This document shows positions 44,445 to 53,667 of a stretch of 64,000 bases of DNA, in pieces. A model generated the notes under the pieces. The model searched no databases. It had not been told where the DNA came from and saw nothing but the letters and a program-made list of their open reading frames with translations. Position numbers and translations under genes: made by a program. Numbering within the stretch: the stretch's first letter is position 1; each line of letters begins with the position of its first letter. The stretch is taken from the NCBI GenBank assembly GCA_039815565.1, contig JBCBZB010000001.1, positions 119,066 to 183,065 on the forward strand, given 5' to 3'. The DNA comes from Planctomycetota bacterium. GTDB taxonomy: Bacteria > Planctomycetota > UBA1135 > UBA2386.

Positions 44445-44615
44445 TCAGCGGTTCTCGCTCGGTTGCGGCGTGCCCTCAGGCCCTGCTTCGATGGGCAGCT
44501 GCTGCACCGTCGGGACAACCTTGCGGTGCTGCCAGGCGAGGACGATCACGTTCGGTAACGCGATCAGCAGGGCGAGCCAGACGACTCGATGGGCGCGGCG
44601 ATGGGAGCGGAGCAT
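44445..44615 (-). CDS. Possible 56-aa single-pass membrane protein
   Basis: Too short for the ORF track. My translation is MLRSHRRAHRVVWLALLIALPNVIVLAWQHRKVVPTVQQLPIEAGPEGTPQPSENR. Its stop lies 6 nt before the downstream start. Confidence 0.45.
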   Translation of the reverse strand: MLRSHRRAHRVVWLALLIALPNVIVLAWQHRKVVPTVQQLPIEAGPEGTPQPSENR

Positions 44616-44706
44616 TCGGGACTCGGTGACGAGCCGAGTCTACGAGGGCGCTCCGATCCGGTTCATCGGAATCCGCGAGGCTGGGAGGTGCCCGCAGGCG
44701 CGATGA

Positions 44707-44946
44707 CTATGGCTGAACGCGGCGCCGGTGGGCGTTGGACTCGATGGGCACCGGTTGGCTGACCCAGCGACGTGCCATCAGGGGCCAGAACGCAGCGATA
44801 CCCGGCCAGATCAACAGCCGGAACCCGAGGCTGGTCTCTCGAGCGGCCGGGTCGATCGCCTGGACTCCGCGGAACACGAACGTCGCGGCGAACAGCAGCC
44901 CTGCCAGTAGGTAGACCCCGAGGCCGAAAAGGACGTATTCGATCAT
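44707..44946 (-). CDS. Small two-TM membrane protein (79 aa)
   Basis: MIEYVLFGLGVYLLAGLLFAATFVF...LLIWPGIAAFWPLMARRWV. Starts with ATG and has high GC3. Confidence 0.6.
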   Translation of the reverse strand: MIEYVLFGLGVYLLAGLLFAATFVFRGVQAIDPAARETSLGFRLLIWPGIAAFWPLMARRWVSQPVPIESNAHRRRVQP

Positions 44947-45087
44947 GGGTTAGCCCGCTCCTCACCGCCGGGCGCGTGGGCATCACGCAGCGTTGGTCCG
45001 GAAGTTCCGCCGTTCTGATACCACCACCAGAACGACCGGTAACTGAGATGCCTCCTAAGTTCTGCCGTAACGTAGAAAAGGCCTCAT

Positions 45088-46035
45088 TCACCGATCCAGG
45101 CCATCGAACAAGCCGAGCTGCTTCTGCACGACGACTCTCTCAGGCCATAGGACGTCGATTCCGGTCCGGTCTTCCAACGAAGGTCCGAGGTGCTCGGCGA
45201 GTTCGATCACCAATTCGTCCTCGGGTTCGTGGAGAAAGATCTCGAGTGAGCGCAGACCGCTCTCGAACCACGTGCCGATCTTCTCCACCCATCGGTCGAG
45301 TCGCTCGAAGTCCGAGGGGTGGTGCCGGTTGCCGACGAATCGCAGAGCGAAGTGGTCGGTGACGATCTCCGAGTGGCAGACGTCGCGGCGGCCGGCGACA
45401 TCCGTGCAGAGCAGCGAGATTCCGAGTTCCTGGCACATCGCGACCAGGGCCGAGCGCGCGGGGCCGAACCAGTCCGCGTGGCGGACCTCAAGGCCGAAGC
45501 GCCGGTCCGGCGCATCCATCGTCGTGAACTCCCGCGGTAGCCGCTCGCAGAAGTCCCGCACCACACGGAATCCGCCCTGTGCAGGTCCGAAGTCCTCAGG
45601 GAGCAGTGCCCAGACCGTGCCACAGTTCGAGTCGAGGGCTTCGAGAGCGCGAAGCCACGCGTCGAGTTCGCGCTCGACCGAGCGCAGTCGGCACTCGTGG
45701 GTGATCGCGCCGGGGAACTTCGGGTCGAACAGGAAGCCTTCGGGAGCAGCCTTTGCCCAGCCTGCGAGCCGTGCCTCGTCGAAGCCGTAGAACGTCGTGT
45801 TCAGCTCGATGCAGCCGAACTGCGTGACGTAGGCCGCGAGCATCTCCTTGGGCTTGGTGCCTTGTGGATAAATTCGTTCGACGAAGCCTTGGTGCTGCCA
45901 TCGCGCCGCACCGAGCCGGATGCGGGGAGCCTCACCGGTGGGGCGTGCGGATCCGAGGCGCTGCTCGAGGTCTTCGGGGTCGCGCGGCAACGTGAAGTCC
46001 ACGTGGTCGACCGAGCTCAGCTTGCCGAACTCCAT
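45088..46035 (-). CDS. DUF72 (YecE/UPF0759) family protein
   Basis: Start moved to ATG 46035 (MEFGKLS). Family-typical segments are YVTQFGCIELNTTFYG, FLFDPKFPGAITH, LEVRHADW and LRFVGNRH. Confidence 0.75.
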   Translation of the reverse strand: MEFGKLSSVDHVDFTLPRDPEDLEQRLGSARPTGEAPRIRLGAARWQHQGFVERIYPQGTKPKEMLAAYVTQFGCIELNTTFYGFDEARLAGWAKAAPEGFLFDPKFPGAITHECRLRSVERELDAWLRALEALDSNCGTVWALLPEDFGPAQGGFRVVRDFCERLPREFTTMDAPDRRFGLEVRHADWFGPARSALVAMCQELGISLLCTDVAGRRDVCHSEIVTDHFALRFVGNRHHPSDFERLDRWVEKIGTWFESGLRSLEIFLHEPEDELVIELAEHLGPSLEDRTGIDVLWPERVVVQKQLGLFDGLDR

Positions 46036-46123
46036 TGGGCGAATCGTGCCCGAAGCGCAGTGGGTCTCGCCACACAGGACTGCGTGCTTCGGCGAATTGG
46101 CCTGACGCAGTACGATTCGAGCC

Positions 46124-47383
46124 GTGGCGGAGCCGGACCTACAAGCAGCAGTCGAGTCGTTCGTCGACGAGGTCGTCGCGTTCGACGAGTTCGGAGCGCC
46201 GACGCGTTGCGACTCGGTGACGCTGCCGGGCACGGCGGGCCTGCTGCCGGACTCGATCCCCCTGCTCGAGAACGAGTTCTGGACGAGCAAGCAACGGCAG
46301 GCCTCGTCACTGCACGAGGTCTCGTATCGCGCGTGCTTCAAGCCACAGCTACCACGGTTCTTCATCGATAGGCTGACCAGGCCGGGGGACCGGGTGCTCG
46401 ATCCGTTCCTGGGGCGGGGCACAACGGCGGTCGAGGCCGCGTTGCGAGGACGCGTCGCAGTGGGGCGTGACGTCAGCCCGATCTCGGAGGCTCTCACCCT
46501 CCCGCGACTCCATCCGCCCGAGTGGACGGCGATCGAAGTCCGACTCGAGAAGTTGGACTTGCGCTTCGGAGGGGCGTTGCCCGAAGAGCTGCTCGTCTTC
46601 TATCACCCGGACACCCTGCGCGAGCTCTGCGCGCTGCGCGCCTACTTCCTGCAGCGAGTCCGCGACGGCGAGCTCGATCGGGTCGACGCCTGGTTGCGCA
46701 TGGTCGCGACGAATCGACTGACGGGGCATTCGAGTGGGTTCTTCTCGGTCTACACCCTGCCGCCGAATCAGGCGGTGACGGTCGAACGGCAGGCGATCAT
46801 CAACGAGAAGCGCGATCAGGTTCCGCCAAGGCGCGACGTTCGCGCGATTCTCGCGAAGAAGTCACGGACTCTCCTCGTCGGACTGACCGACGACGAGCGC
46901 GTCGCACTGAACGCAAATCGCGCGCGCCATCGAATCAGTGTGGGTGACTCGGGGGATCTCGACTCGGTCGGGCGACGCTCGATCTCGCTCTGCGTCACCT
47001 CGCCGCCATTTCTCGATGTCGTCGACTACCGCGGCGACAACTGGCTGCGTTGCTGGTTCCTCGGTATCGATCCCGATTCGGTCTCGATTTCGATCCTGCG
47101 GAAACTGCCGGATTGGACCGCGGAGATGACTCGGATCCTCTCGGCCGTCAAGCCGACGCTGAAGCGGGGAGGTTTCGTCGCGTTCGAGGTCGGAGAAGTC
47201 CGAGGAGGGTCGGTTCGTCTCGAGGAACACGCAGCTCTCGCTGGTCGACGGGCCGGTCTCGAGGCTCAGGCGGTGCTGATCAACCGGCAGAACTTCACCA
47301 AGACCGCGAACTGCTGGGGTGTCTCGAACAACGACCGGGGGACCAACTCGAACCGGATCGTGCTCCTGACGCGGCCGGATTGA
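46124..47383 (+). CDS. DNA methyltransferase (N4-C/N6-A type), orphan
   Basis: AdoMet motif region FKPQLPRFFIDRLTRPGDRVLDPFLGRGTTAVEA at about aa 70-105. Catalytic tetrapeptide LCVTSPPFLDVVDY at about aa 290. Starts with GTG. Confidence 0.7.
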   Translation: MAEPDLQAAVESFVDEVVAFDEFGAPTRCDSVTLPGTAGLLPDSIPLLENEFWTSKQRQASSLHEVSYRACFKPQLPRFFIDRLTRPGDRVLDPFLGRGTTAVEAALRGRVAVGRDVSPISEALTLPRLHPPEWTAIEVRLEKLDLRFGGALPEELLVFYHPDTLRELCALRAYFLQRVRDGELDRVDAWLRMVATNRLTGHSSGFFSVYTLPPNQAVTVERQAIINEKRDQVPPRRDVRAILAKKSRTLLVGLTDDERVALNANRARHRISVGDSGDLDSVGRRSISLCVTSPPFLDVVDYRGDNWLRCWFLGIDPDSVSISILRKLPDWTAEMTRILSAVKPTLKRGGFVAFEVGEVRGGSVRLEEHAALAGRRAGLEAQAVLINRQNFTKTANCWGVSNNDRGTNSNRIVLLTRPD

Positions 47384-47568
47384 GGCCTGTCAGCGGCCTT
47401 GGCTGAGCGTTCCGGGCGCATCTCCTGCGTGAATCCCCGCATCTCTGCCCCGGTCGGGATAGGCTACTCGCAGTTGCGGCGCCCGCCGCTTCGAACGATC
47501 CTCCCCACACTCCACGACCGAGCGGTCGACCCACCGCGCCCCACTCCCGGCCTATCAAGACCTTCCAG

Positions 47569-47802
47569 ATGTTGTTCCCGATCCTCGGCTACCTCGGACC
47601 TAGCAGCGTCGGCGGAAGCCTCGTGGCTTTCGTCGCCCTGATCGGCACGGTCCTGCTCGCGATCGTGGGGTTCCTCTGGTACCCGCTGAAACGCATCTTC
47701 GGGAAGAAGTCGACGATGGAGAAAGACGACGCCGACTGGCAGGCCTACGAGCAGGCCAGCGACAACGACGACAGCGGATCCGAAGGAGCTCCTAGTCCGT
47801 GA
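47569..47802 (+). CDS. Small single-pass membrane protein with an acidic tail (77 aa)
   Basis: SLVAFVALIGTVLLAIVGFLWYPL, then KKSTMEKDDADWQAYEQASDNDDSGSE. Overlaps the next gene by 4 nt. Confidence 0.55.
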   Translation: MLFPILGYLGPSSVGGSLVAFVALIGTVLLAIVGFLWYPLKRIFGKKSTMEKDDADWQAYEQASDNDDSGSEGAPSP

Positions 47803-48209
47803 GCCTCCTCGGAGCCTGGGTCCTCGTCCTCGGCTTCATGGTCCTGCTGATCGCGCTCCGCCTGGAAGCCGGTCTGCAAGCGATGCGTGAGGCGTCGACC
47901 GGCGCACTCGCGACGATGAAGGACAAGTCGCTGAGCGACGCGCAGAAGGAGAAGCGTGTTCAGGCGGCGACGATCCAGATGGGGCGCGCTGCGATCACGA
48001 CGATCCTGAAGCTCGTGATCGCCTTCGCGATCCCGCTGGGCCTGGTCTGGGGGCTCGAGCAGGCTTCGCTCTGGACCGTGGACGAAGTGATCGACCGCAG
48101 CCTCGGCTGGGATGTGTTGGTCGGCGCGACCGTCGTTGGTCTGGTTCTCGCCAAGGTGCTCGCAGGTCGCGGGAGCGGTCAGGAGAAAGCCGTGGCGAAC
48201 GACGCCTGA
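47799..48209 (+). CDS. Membrane protein (136 aa, 3-4 TM)
   Basis: LLGAWVLVLGFMVLLIAL, ITTILKLVIAFAIPLGLVWGL, VLVGATVVGLVLAKVL. Coupled to the upstream ORF. Confidence 0.6.
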   Translation: MSLLGAWVLVLGFMVLLIALRLEAGLQAMREASTGALATMKDKSLSDAQKEKRVQAATIQMGRAAITTILKLVIAFAIPLGLVWGLEQASLWTVDEVIDRSLGWDVLVGATVVGLVLAKVLAGRGSGQEKAVANDA

Positions 48210-48230
48210 AGCGGCGACGCTCGGAGCGGC

Positions 48231-49304
48231 ATGGCGTTCGAGAACCGCTACAGCCTGTTCGACCGATGGTTCCACCGTTTGGCGTTCGCGACCACGCGTG
48301 CGCAGGTTGGGCTCGCGGACCTCGAAGAGAAGCTGTTCAAGAAGGAGCTACGCGCCTTCCAGTCGAAGCCACCGCTGTTCGTGACCGCGCTGCCGCGTGC
48401 CGGTACGACGATCCTGCTGGAAGTCGCCTACGGGCTACCGACCTACGCGACACACACCTACCGCGACATGCCGTTGGTTCTGTGTCCGTTGCTACGGGCG
48501 AAGCTCGCTGGCAAGCCGGGGGCCGCGGATACGCCGGTCGAGCGGGCGCACGGAGATGGGATCGCGATCACGCAGGACTCGCCCGAGGCCTTCGAAGAGA
48601 TGATGTGGATGAGGTTCTTCAAGCGCCACTATCCCGAGGTCGGGAACCCGCCGCTGATCGAGCCCTGGTCCAAGATCGACGATCCGGAGTTCTTGCGCTT
48701 TTTCGCGCGGCATCGGCACTCGATCGTCGCCTTGCGCCGCCGGCAGAAGCCCGGTGCCGTCCGCTACATCTCGAAGAACAACCAGAACATCGCTCGGCTC
48801 GGAGCCCTGCTCGATGCGACGAAGGGGGCTGCGGCGCTGATTCCGGTCCGTGAGCCGCTGCAGCACGCGAACTCGCTGCTTCGCCAGCACCTGCGCTTCC
48901 GCGAGATGCACCGCGAGGATCCGTTCGCACGGCGCTACATGCGCGGTATCGGGCACTTCGACTTCGGTGAGAACCTTCGTCCGATCGCGTTCGACGGCGT
49001 GAGAGAGCTCCTCGAACGCCATCGTCCCGACGAGCTCCAGTTCTGGCTCGGCTACTGGGTCTGTGCCTACCGCGAGCTCGCAAAGCTGGAAGGGCAGTCG
49101 CGCGTGACGTTCGTGAAGTTCGAGCAACTCGATCGGCCGAAGGTGCAAGAGCGCTTGCGGGTCGTTTTCGACGCCGGCGAGGCGGAGTTCCGCGAGTCCG
49201 CCGCACGCCTGTCGGTGCCGCCTTCCAAGGATGTGCCGACCGACAGACTCGAGCGGGGCACGCTGGAAGAAGCTCGATCGCTCTACGAGCGACTCGGCGG
49301 CTGA
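48231..49304 (+). CDS. Sulfotransferase-family protein
   Basis: 5'-PAPS-binding P-loop-like FVTALPRAGTTILLEV. RYISKNNQNIARLGAL. Size and pattern resemble bacterial sulfotransferases. Confidence 0.6.
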   Translation: MAFENRYSLFDRWFHRLAFATTRAQVGLADLEEKLFKKELRAFQSKPPLFVTALPRAGTTILLEVAYGLPTYATHTYRDMPLVLCPLLRAKLAGKPGAADTPVERAHGDGIAITQDSPEAFEEMMWMRFFKRHYPEVGNPPLIEPWSKIDDPEFLRFFARHRHSIVALRRRQKPGAVRYISKNNQNIARLGALLDATKGAAALIPVREPLQHANSLLRQHLRFREMHREDPFARRYMRGIGHFDFGENLRPIAFDGVRELLERHRPDELQFWLGYWVCAYRELAKLEGQSRVTFVKFEQLDRPKVQERLRVVFDAGEAEFRESAARLSVPPSKDVPTDRLERGTLEEARSLYERLGG

Positions 49305-49540
49305 ACACCGGCCGCAGCGTTGGTTCAGATCGAGAGAGGAGCGCTCTCGCGCCGAGATCCGTCCGTGATCGAGCCGGTTCGCGATCCTGGTTCGAGTCCC
49401 TCGATCGCGGGACCGTAGGCAGCTTGTCCGAGGAGCGAGAAGTTCACGGACACTTGATCAAACACTTCCACAACGTCGCGCCGGCTGTGGTTCTCTTTCG
49501 TGCTCACGCTTCCTCCAGCGTCGTGCGCTCCACCCTGCCC

Positions 49541-49726
49541 ATGATTCGATTGATCGCGACCTTGCTGACCGGCCTCGTCGTCCTTCCGTTCTTCATGCTC
49601 GGAGTGCTCGGGACTGCCCTCATCATCACGCCCTTCGAGGCGCTGAGTCGACGTTTGCGCAAGCCCTCCCCGGGGTCTTCGACTCCGACCGAAGGCAAGG
49701 CTGGGCAGCGCATGCGCACGGCCTGA
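49541..49726 (+). CDS. Possible 61-aa membrane protein
   Basis: Internal ATG of the track ORF 49424..49726: MIRLIATLLTGLVVLPFFMLGVLGTALIITPF, followed by a basic tail. Confidence 0.35.
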   Translation: MIRLIATLLTGLVVLPFFMLGVLGTALIITPFEALSRRLRKPSPGSSTPTEGKAGQRMRTA

Positions 49727-49735
49727 GCGGCCGCT
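49726..49735. repeat. 10-nt perfect palindrome bridging two convergent stop codons
   Basis: AGCGGCCGCT. The TGA at 49724-49726 and the CTA (TAG on the minus strand) at 49734-49736 flank or overlap it. Confidence 0.8.
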
Positions 49736-50312
49736 ACCAGAAGAACGGGCGCGGCGTCTCGGTGACGTAGCTTCCGTCTGGTTCGCTCTGTATCCCGAGC
49801 TTCACGGCGAAGTCCGGGTCGACCGGATAGAGGATGCGGAGCGCATCCCGGATCGCCCGCTGGACGCGCCAGTGTTCGTCCTCGTCGGCAAGCTCTCGAA
49901 GCGCAAAAGCGAGGCTGCGTCGGATCTCCTCGGACGTGTCGAACATCGCGTGCAGGAGATGTGACAACGCCTCGGCTCGGCTCGCGTTGGCCTGGATGCG
50001 AGGGACCGCCGTCAGCACGATCTCGAGGAGTTCGAGTGCGAAGTCTCGCAACCCACGTTCGATCAGGGCTCGAAGCGGCCACGCGCAAGGCGCCACTTGT
50101 CGGTAGGCGTCGTCTGCGTCGGCGGCCGATTCGATCGCAAGGCGGGCGAAGCGCTCCGCGTCATGGTCGTCGAGCGCGTATCGGACCGCCCAGCCGAGTG
50201 CCTGGGTCCGGAACCAGGGATCCTCGATGGTCTCGGCGATCTTCACCGCTTCGGAGACGTTCTCGGGAGCCAGGCGGGCAGCCTGGTCGCGGAGCTGTGT
50301 GGGTGAGGGCAT
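49734..50312 (-). CDS. Helical-repeat (HEAT-like) protein, function unknown
   Basis: Only the C-terminal 190-215 aa of the 431-aa track ORF look like protein (PWFRTQALGWAVRYALDDHDAERFARLAIESAADADDAYRQV...HWRVQRAIRDALRILYP). Start ATG 50312, or alternatively ATG 50378. Confidence 0.6.
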   Translation of the reverse strand: MPSPTQLRDQAARLAPENVSEAVKIAETIEDPWFRTQALGWAVRYALDDHDAERFARLAIESAADADDAYRQVAPCAWPLRALIERGLRDFALELLEIVLTAVPRIQANASRAEALSHLLHAMFDTSEEIRRSLAFALRELADEDEHWRVQRAIRDALRILYPVDPDFAVKLGIQSEPDGSYVTETPRPFFW

Positions 50313-50485
50313 CGCGAGCTCGGACGGCGAGGGGTAACCCCGTTGGCATGCCGGGATTGCGCCTGGTTCGAATCTCATCGCGGGCCCGGCGGCGCCGCAA
50401 TCCTTCGTTCTGAGGGGCTTCCTCGGTTTTCTGGCAGAATTGGGTCCGCTCTTCTCGATCTCTTGCGCCAAGGCTGGAGACGACC

Positions 50486-51163
50486 ATGGACTTCCTCGCT
50501 CTCCAACGACGTGCAGGCAAAGGCGATACGACCGCGCAGAACGACCTGATCGAGGCGTTTTACCCGCGCGTGCAGGTGATCGTTCACGACCGATTGCGGC
50601 AGGACTACCGCCGTAGCCACGAGTGGATCCTGCCCCTGTTCTCGACCGGCGATGTCGTGCAGGACGTCTTCCGATCCGTGCTGCAAACCAAGTCGGCGTT
50701 CGAGAGTCTGAGTGATGCCTCCGACGAGGAGGCGTTCGTGCGGCTGTGCGCGACGATGGTCCGCAATCGTTTGGTCGATGCGCTCCGTCACCACCAGGCC
50801 GAGCGGCGAGACGTGCGCCGCGAGCAGAGTGCCGACCGTGAGGGCGACGGAACTTCGGCAGGTCCGATGTCTGCCCGGTTTTCGGCCGCGGATCCGACGC
50901 CGTCGGTCGCCGCGGATCTCCAGGAGCAGCTGTCGGTGTTCCAGGAAGTGCTCGAGAGTTTCGACGAACGGGAGCGGGGACTCCTGAGCTTGCGACTCGT
51001 CGAGGACGCCAGCTACGACGACTGTGCAAGGGACCTCGGCTACCCGAGTCCCGATGCCGCCCGCAAGGCGTTCCACAAGGCGCAGGCGCGGTTGGTCGTT
51101 CGGTTGCGTGCCCGAGGGCTTCGAGCTCCGGGCGAATCGACGCACGATGGGAGTCCGGAATGA
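50486..51163 (+). CDS. ECF-type RNA polymerase sigma factor (kinase-associated ECF43-like type)
   Basis: N-terminus RRAGKGDTTAQNDLIEAFYPRVQVIVHDRL. Region 4 HTH SYDDCARDLGYPSPDAARKAFHKAQARL. GGAGA lies upstream of the ATG. The stop overlaps the kinase start (ATGA). Confidence 0.75.
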   Translation: MDFLALQRRAGKGDTTAQNDLIEAFYPRVQVIVHDRLRQDYRRSHEWILPLFSTGDVVQDVFRSVLQTKSAFESLSDASDEEAFVRLCATMVRNRLVDALRHHQAERRDVRREQSADREGDGTSAGPMSARFSAADPTPSVAADLQEQLSVFQEVLESFDERERGLLSLRLVEDASYDDCARDLGYPSPDAARKAFHKAQARLVVRLRARGLRAPGESTHDGSPE

Positions 51164-53643
51164 ACTCTGAGCAGCGGGATCTCGAAGACCTCGTCGCCCA
51201 GTATCTGGAGCGGACGGAGGCCGGCGAACAGGTCGATCTCGCCGAGCTGAGCGGTGGGGACGAGGTCCTCCAGCACGCACTCGCCGAGGTGCTCGATCTC
51301 GCGTCGGCACTCCCGTCGCTGCAGAAGGACTCGGTGGGGGTCGATCGATTCCTCGGTCAGACTCTCGGAGATCGCTACGAGCTCGAGCGGAAGATCGGAC
51401 AGGGAGCGATGGGCTCGGTCTACCGGGCCATCGATCGTGAGCTTCAGCGTCCAGTGGCAGTCAAACTGCTCCAGCGTGGGCTGGTCGAGAGTGAGGGATC
51501 CAAGCAACGTTTCCTTCGCGAGGCCGAGATTTGCGCCCAGCTCAAGCATCCGAATATCGTGCAGGTGTTCGACCGCGGGGAGACGGAGGACGGCACGATG
51601 TTCGTCGTTCTCGAACTCCTTGAGGGGCGGAGTCTTGCGGAGTCGATTTCATCGTCCGCCGACGGTGCGCTCCGCGACGAGACCGGCGAGTTGTTCCGGC
51701 GTTCGCTCGAGCTCTGTGCCGAGATCGCCGAGGGTCTTCGAACTGCGCACGCGGCAGGAATCGTTCATCGCGACGTGAAGCCCTCGAACCTCTTCGAGGA
51801 GGCAGAGACCGGGCGTGCTGTCCTGCTCGACTTCGGGATCGCCGGTGCGCTGGATCAGACGGCGGGGGATCTCACGGTCTCCGGTTCGACGATCGGCACA
51901 CCCTGGTACATGCCGCCGGAGGTCGCGGCTGGCGACCAGGACGCTTCGCGTGACCCGCGGGTCGACGTCTACGGACTCGGGGCAACGCTCTACCACCTCT
52001 TGTCCGGCCGACCGCCGTACGAGGGGGATGGGTTCGAGGTGATCGCTCGAGTTCAGCGCGAGGACCCGACTCCACTGCGGAAGATCGGTGCGTCGCGTGA
52101 TGTGGACGCGGTCGTGCAGAACGCGATGGAGCGGCGGCCGGACGATCGCTACCCCGATATCGCGGAGTTCGAGGCCGATCTCCGCCGCCTGCTGACGCAC
52201 CGTCCGGTGCAGGCGCGCCCGATCGGCGCGGTCGGCCGCGCTCGGCGCTATATCCAGCGGCAGCCTGCGGTTGCTGCCCTCGCTGTCCTGACGATCGTCG
52301 TGCTCGGTCTTGGTTCGCTCTCCGCGGACCTCTGGGCGACCGGACGTGACCGGGCGTTGGACGATGAGTTCGTCGCGATCTACCGCGAGCTGCCGGCGCT
52401 TCTGAGCATCGAGGGCCACCCGTCGAAGCGACTCCTGATCGGAGAGGAGGAGAGAGGTCTCCAGCGCGAGATGCTCGATCGGTTGCTCGAGATCCGGCCG
52501 GAGGCACACGACGTGCGCGTGCTTCGCGCTGCCGTCGCGACGGATGCTGGCGATCGCGCTCTCGCGAGTTCGGATTGGATGCGGCTCGCTGAGACCGGGG
52601 ATCCGTATCTGGGTTGGGTCGTGGGCGAATTCGAGCAGAATGGATCCACGGTCTTCGACACCGAGGGTGCGCCGACTCCCGAGAGTTCCGTCGGCTACTT
52701 CGTTCGGTCGTTCCACCGCCTACGGAGTCGCGAACCGGAACGATTCGAGTCCGCGCTCGCGGACCTCGATCAGGTCGATGGGATCCTGTTTGCCGATGAT
52801 CTCCGGCTTCTCCTCCTGCTCGGATCGGGTCAGTCGCTTCAGGCCCTGGAAGCGGCGATGGAGCTCGAGCGTCGGCAAGGAGACGTCAGTGCGCGCACCG
52901 CCTTCGTCCGTGGTGTCGCACTGTGCCACCTGCGTCGCTACGAGGAGGCGATCGCACCGCTGCGCATCGCCGTGGCGCTGCGTCCCTACCGCCACGGGCC
53001 GAACCACAACCTGGGACTCGCGCTCTCGAGGCAGCTCGAGTTCGAAGAAGCCCAGACCTGGCTCGAACGCGCCTACGAGATCCGGCCCTGGCTTTGGAAC
53101 ACGAACGCCGAGTTGGCGAAGCTCCATGCGAGCCGAGGGGAGTTCGCTGAGGCACTGCGCTGCGCGGATCGCATCGCCCGCGAGGCTGTGGACGTTCCCG
53201 CGGGGCGACGGGACTTCGAGCTCGCCAACGTCCGACTGCGTGAGGCCATCTTCGCCCGCGCCTTCGAGAAGGAAGATCAACGTGATCGCTCCGCGGTCGA
53301 GGCCGAGCGATTGTTCCGACTGGTTCTCGAATCGGAGGCGGAGGAGTCCCTCAAGCGCAAGGCGCAGCGCAGCCTGGTTCTGGCCGCCGCACTCGGGGAG
53401 GAGTCCTTGGCCGAACATCGGCCCGCTCAGTTGGTCCAGGCCGTGCGCAGCCCGCTCGATCCGATCGTGTTGTTCAACCTCGCCGAGATGCTCGAGTCCG
53501 GAGAGGTCTCACAGATCGAGATCGACCTGATCCGCGCGCTTCTGCTGCAGCAGACCAGCGCCCTCATTCCGGGGTCTGAGGAGTACCGACGTGCTGCCGA
53601 CGAACTTCGGGAATCCGTGTTCGACCGCCTCCGCCGCCGCTGA
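51160..53643 (+). CDS. Receptor-type Ser/Thr protein kinase with a TM helix and a C-terminal TPR domain
   Basis: Hanks motifs: IGQGAMGSVYRA, VAVKLL, HRDVKPSNL, DFGIAG, GTPWYMPPE. TM helix VAALAVLTIVVLGLGSL. About 450 aa of TPR-like repeats follow. Confidence 0.9.
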   Translation: MNSEQRDLEDLVAQYLERTEAGEQVDLAELSGGDEVLQHALAEVLDLASALPSLQKDSVGVDRFLGQTLGDRYELERKIGQGAMGSVYRAIDRELQRPVAVKLLQRGLVESEGSKQRFLREAEICAQLKHPNIVQVFDRGETEDGTMFVVLELLEGRSLAESISSSADGALRDETGELFRRSLELCAEIAEGLRTAHAAGIVHRDVKPSNLFEEAETGRAVLLDFGIAGALDQTAGDLTVSGSTIGTPWYMPPEVAAGDQDASRDPRVDVYGLGATLYHLLSGRPPYEGDGFEVIARVQREDPTPLRKIGASRDVDAVVQNAMERRPDDRYPDIAEFEADLRRLLTHRPVQARPIGAVGRARRYIQRQPAVAALAVLTIVVLGLGSLSADLWATGRDRALDDEFVAIYRELPALLSIEGHPSKRLLIGEEERGLQREMLDRLLEIRPEAHDVRVLRAAVATDAGDRALASSDWMRLAETGDPYLGWVVGEFEQNGSTVFDTEGAPTPESSVGYFVRSFHRLRSREPERFESALADLDQVDGILFADDLRLLLLLGSGQSLQALEAAMELERRQGDVSARTAFVRGVALCHLRRYEEAIAPLRIAVALRPYRHGPNHNLGLALSRQLEFEEAQTWLERAYEIRPWLWNTNAELAKLHASRGEFAEALRCADRIAREAVDVPAGRRDFELANVRLREAIFARAFEKEDQRDRSAVEAERLFRLVLESEAEESLKRKAQRSLVLAAALGEESLAEHRPAQLVQAVRSPLDPIVLFNLAEMLESGEVSQIEIDLIRALLLQQTSALIPGSEEYRRAADELRESVFDRLRRR

Positions 53644-53667
53644 TCCCAAACCTTCAAGAGGTCCGCC

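Noticed and set aside
45088-47383. A possible restriction-modification or other defence module around the DNA methyltransferase.
   Set aside because: No endonuclease, specificity subunit, helicase or ATPase gene is adjacent. The divergent neighbour is a DUF72 protein and the downstream genes are small membrane proteins and a sulfotransferase.
49325-49507. 60-aa minus-strand ORF (MSTKENHSRRDVVEVFDQ...). I considered a small peptide or RiPP precursor.
   Set aside because: Third-position G+C is clearly lower than in neighbouring genes. It has no partner modification enzymes, no signal or leader features, and it overlaps another candidate small ORF.
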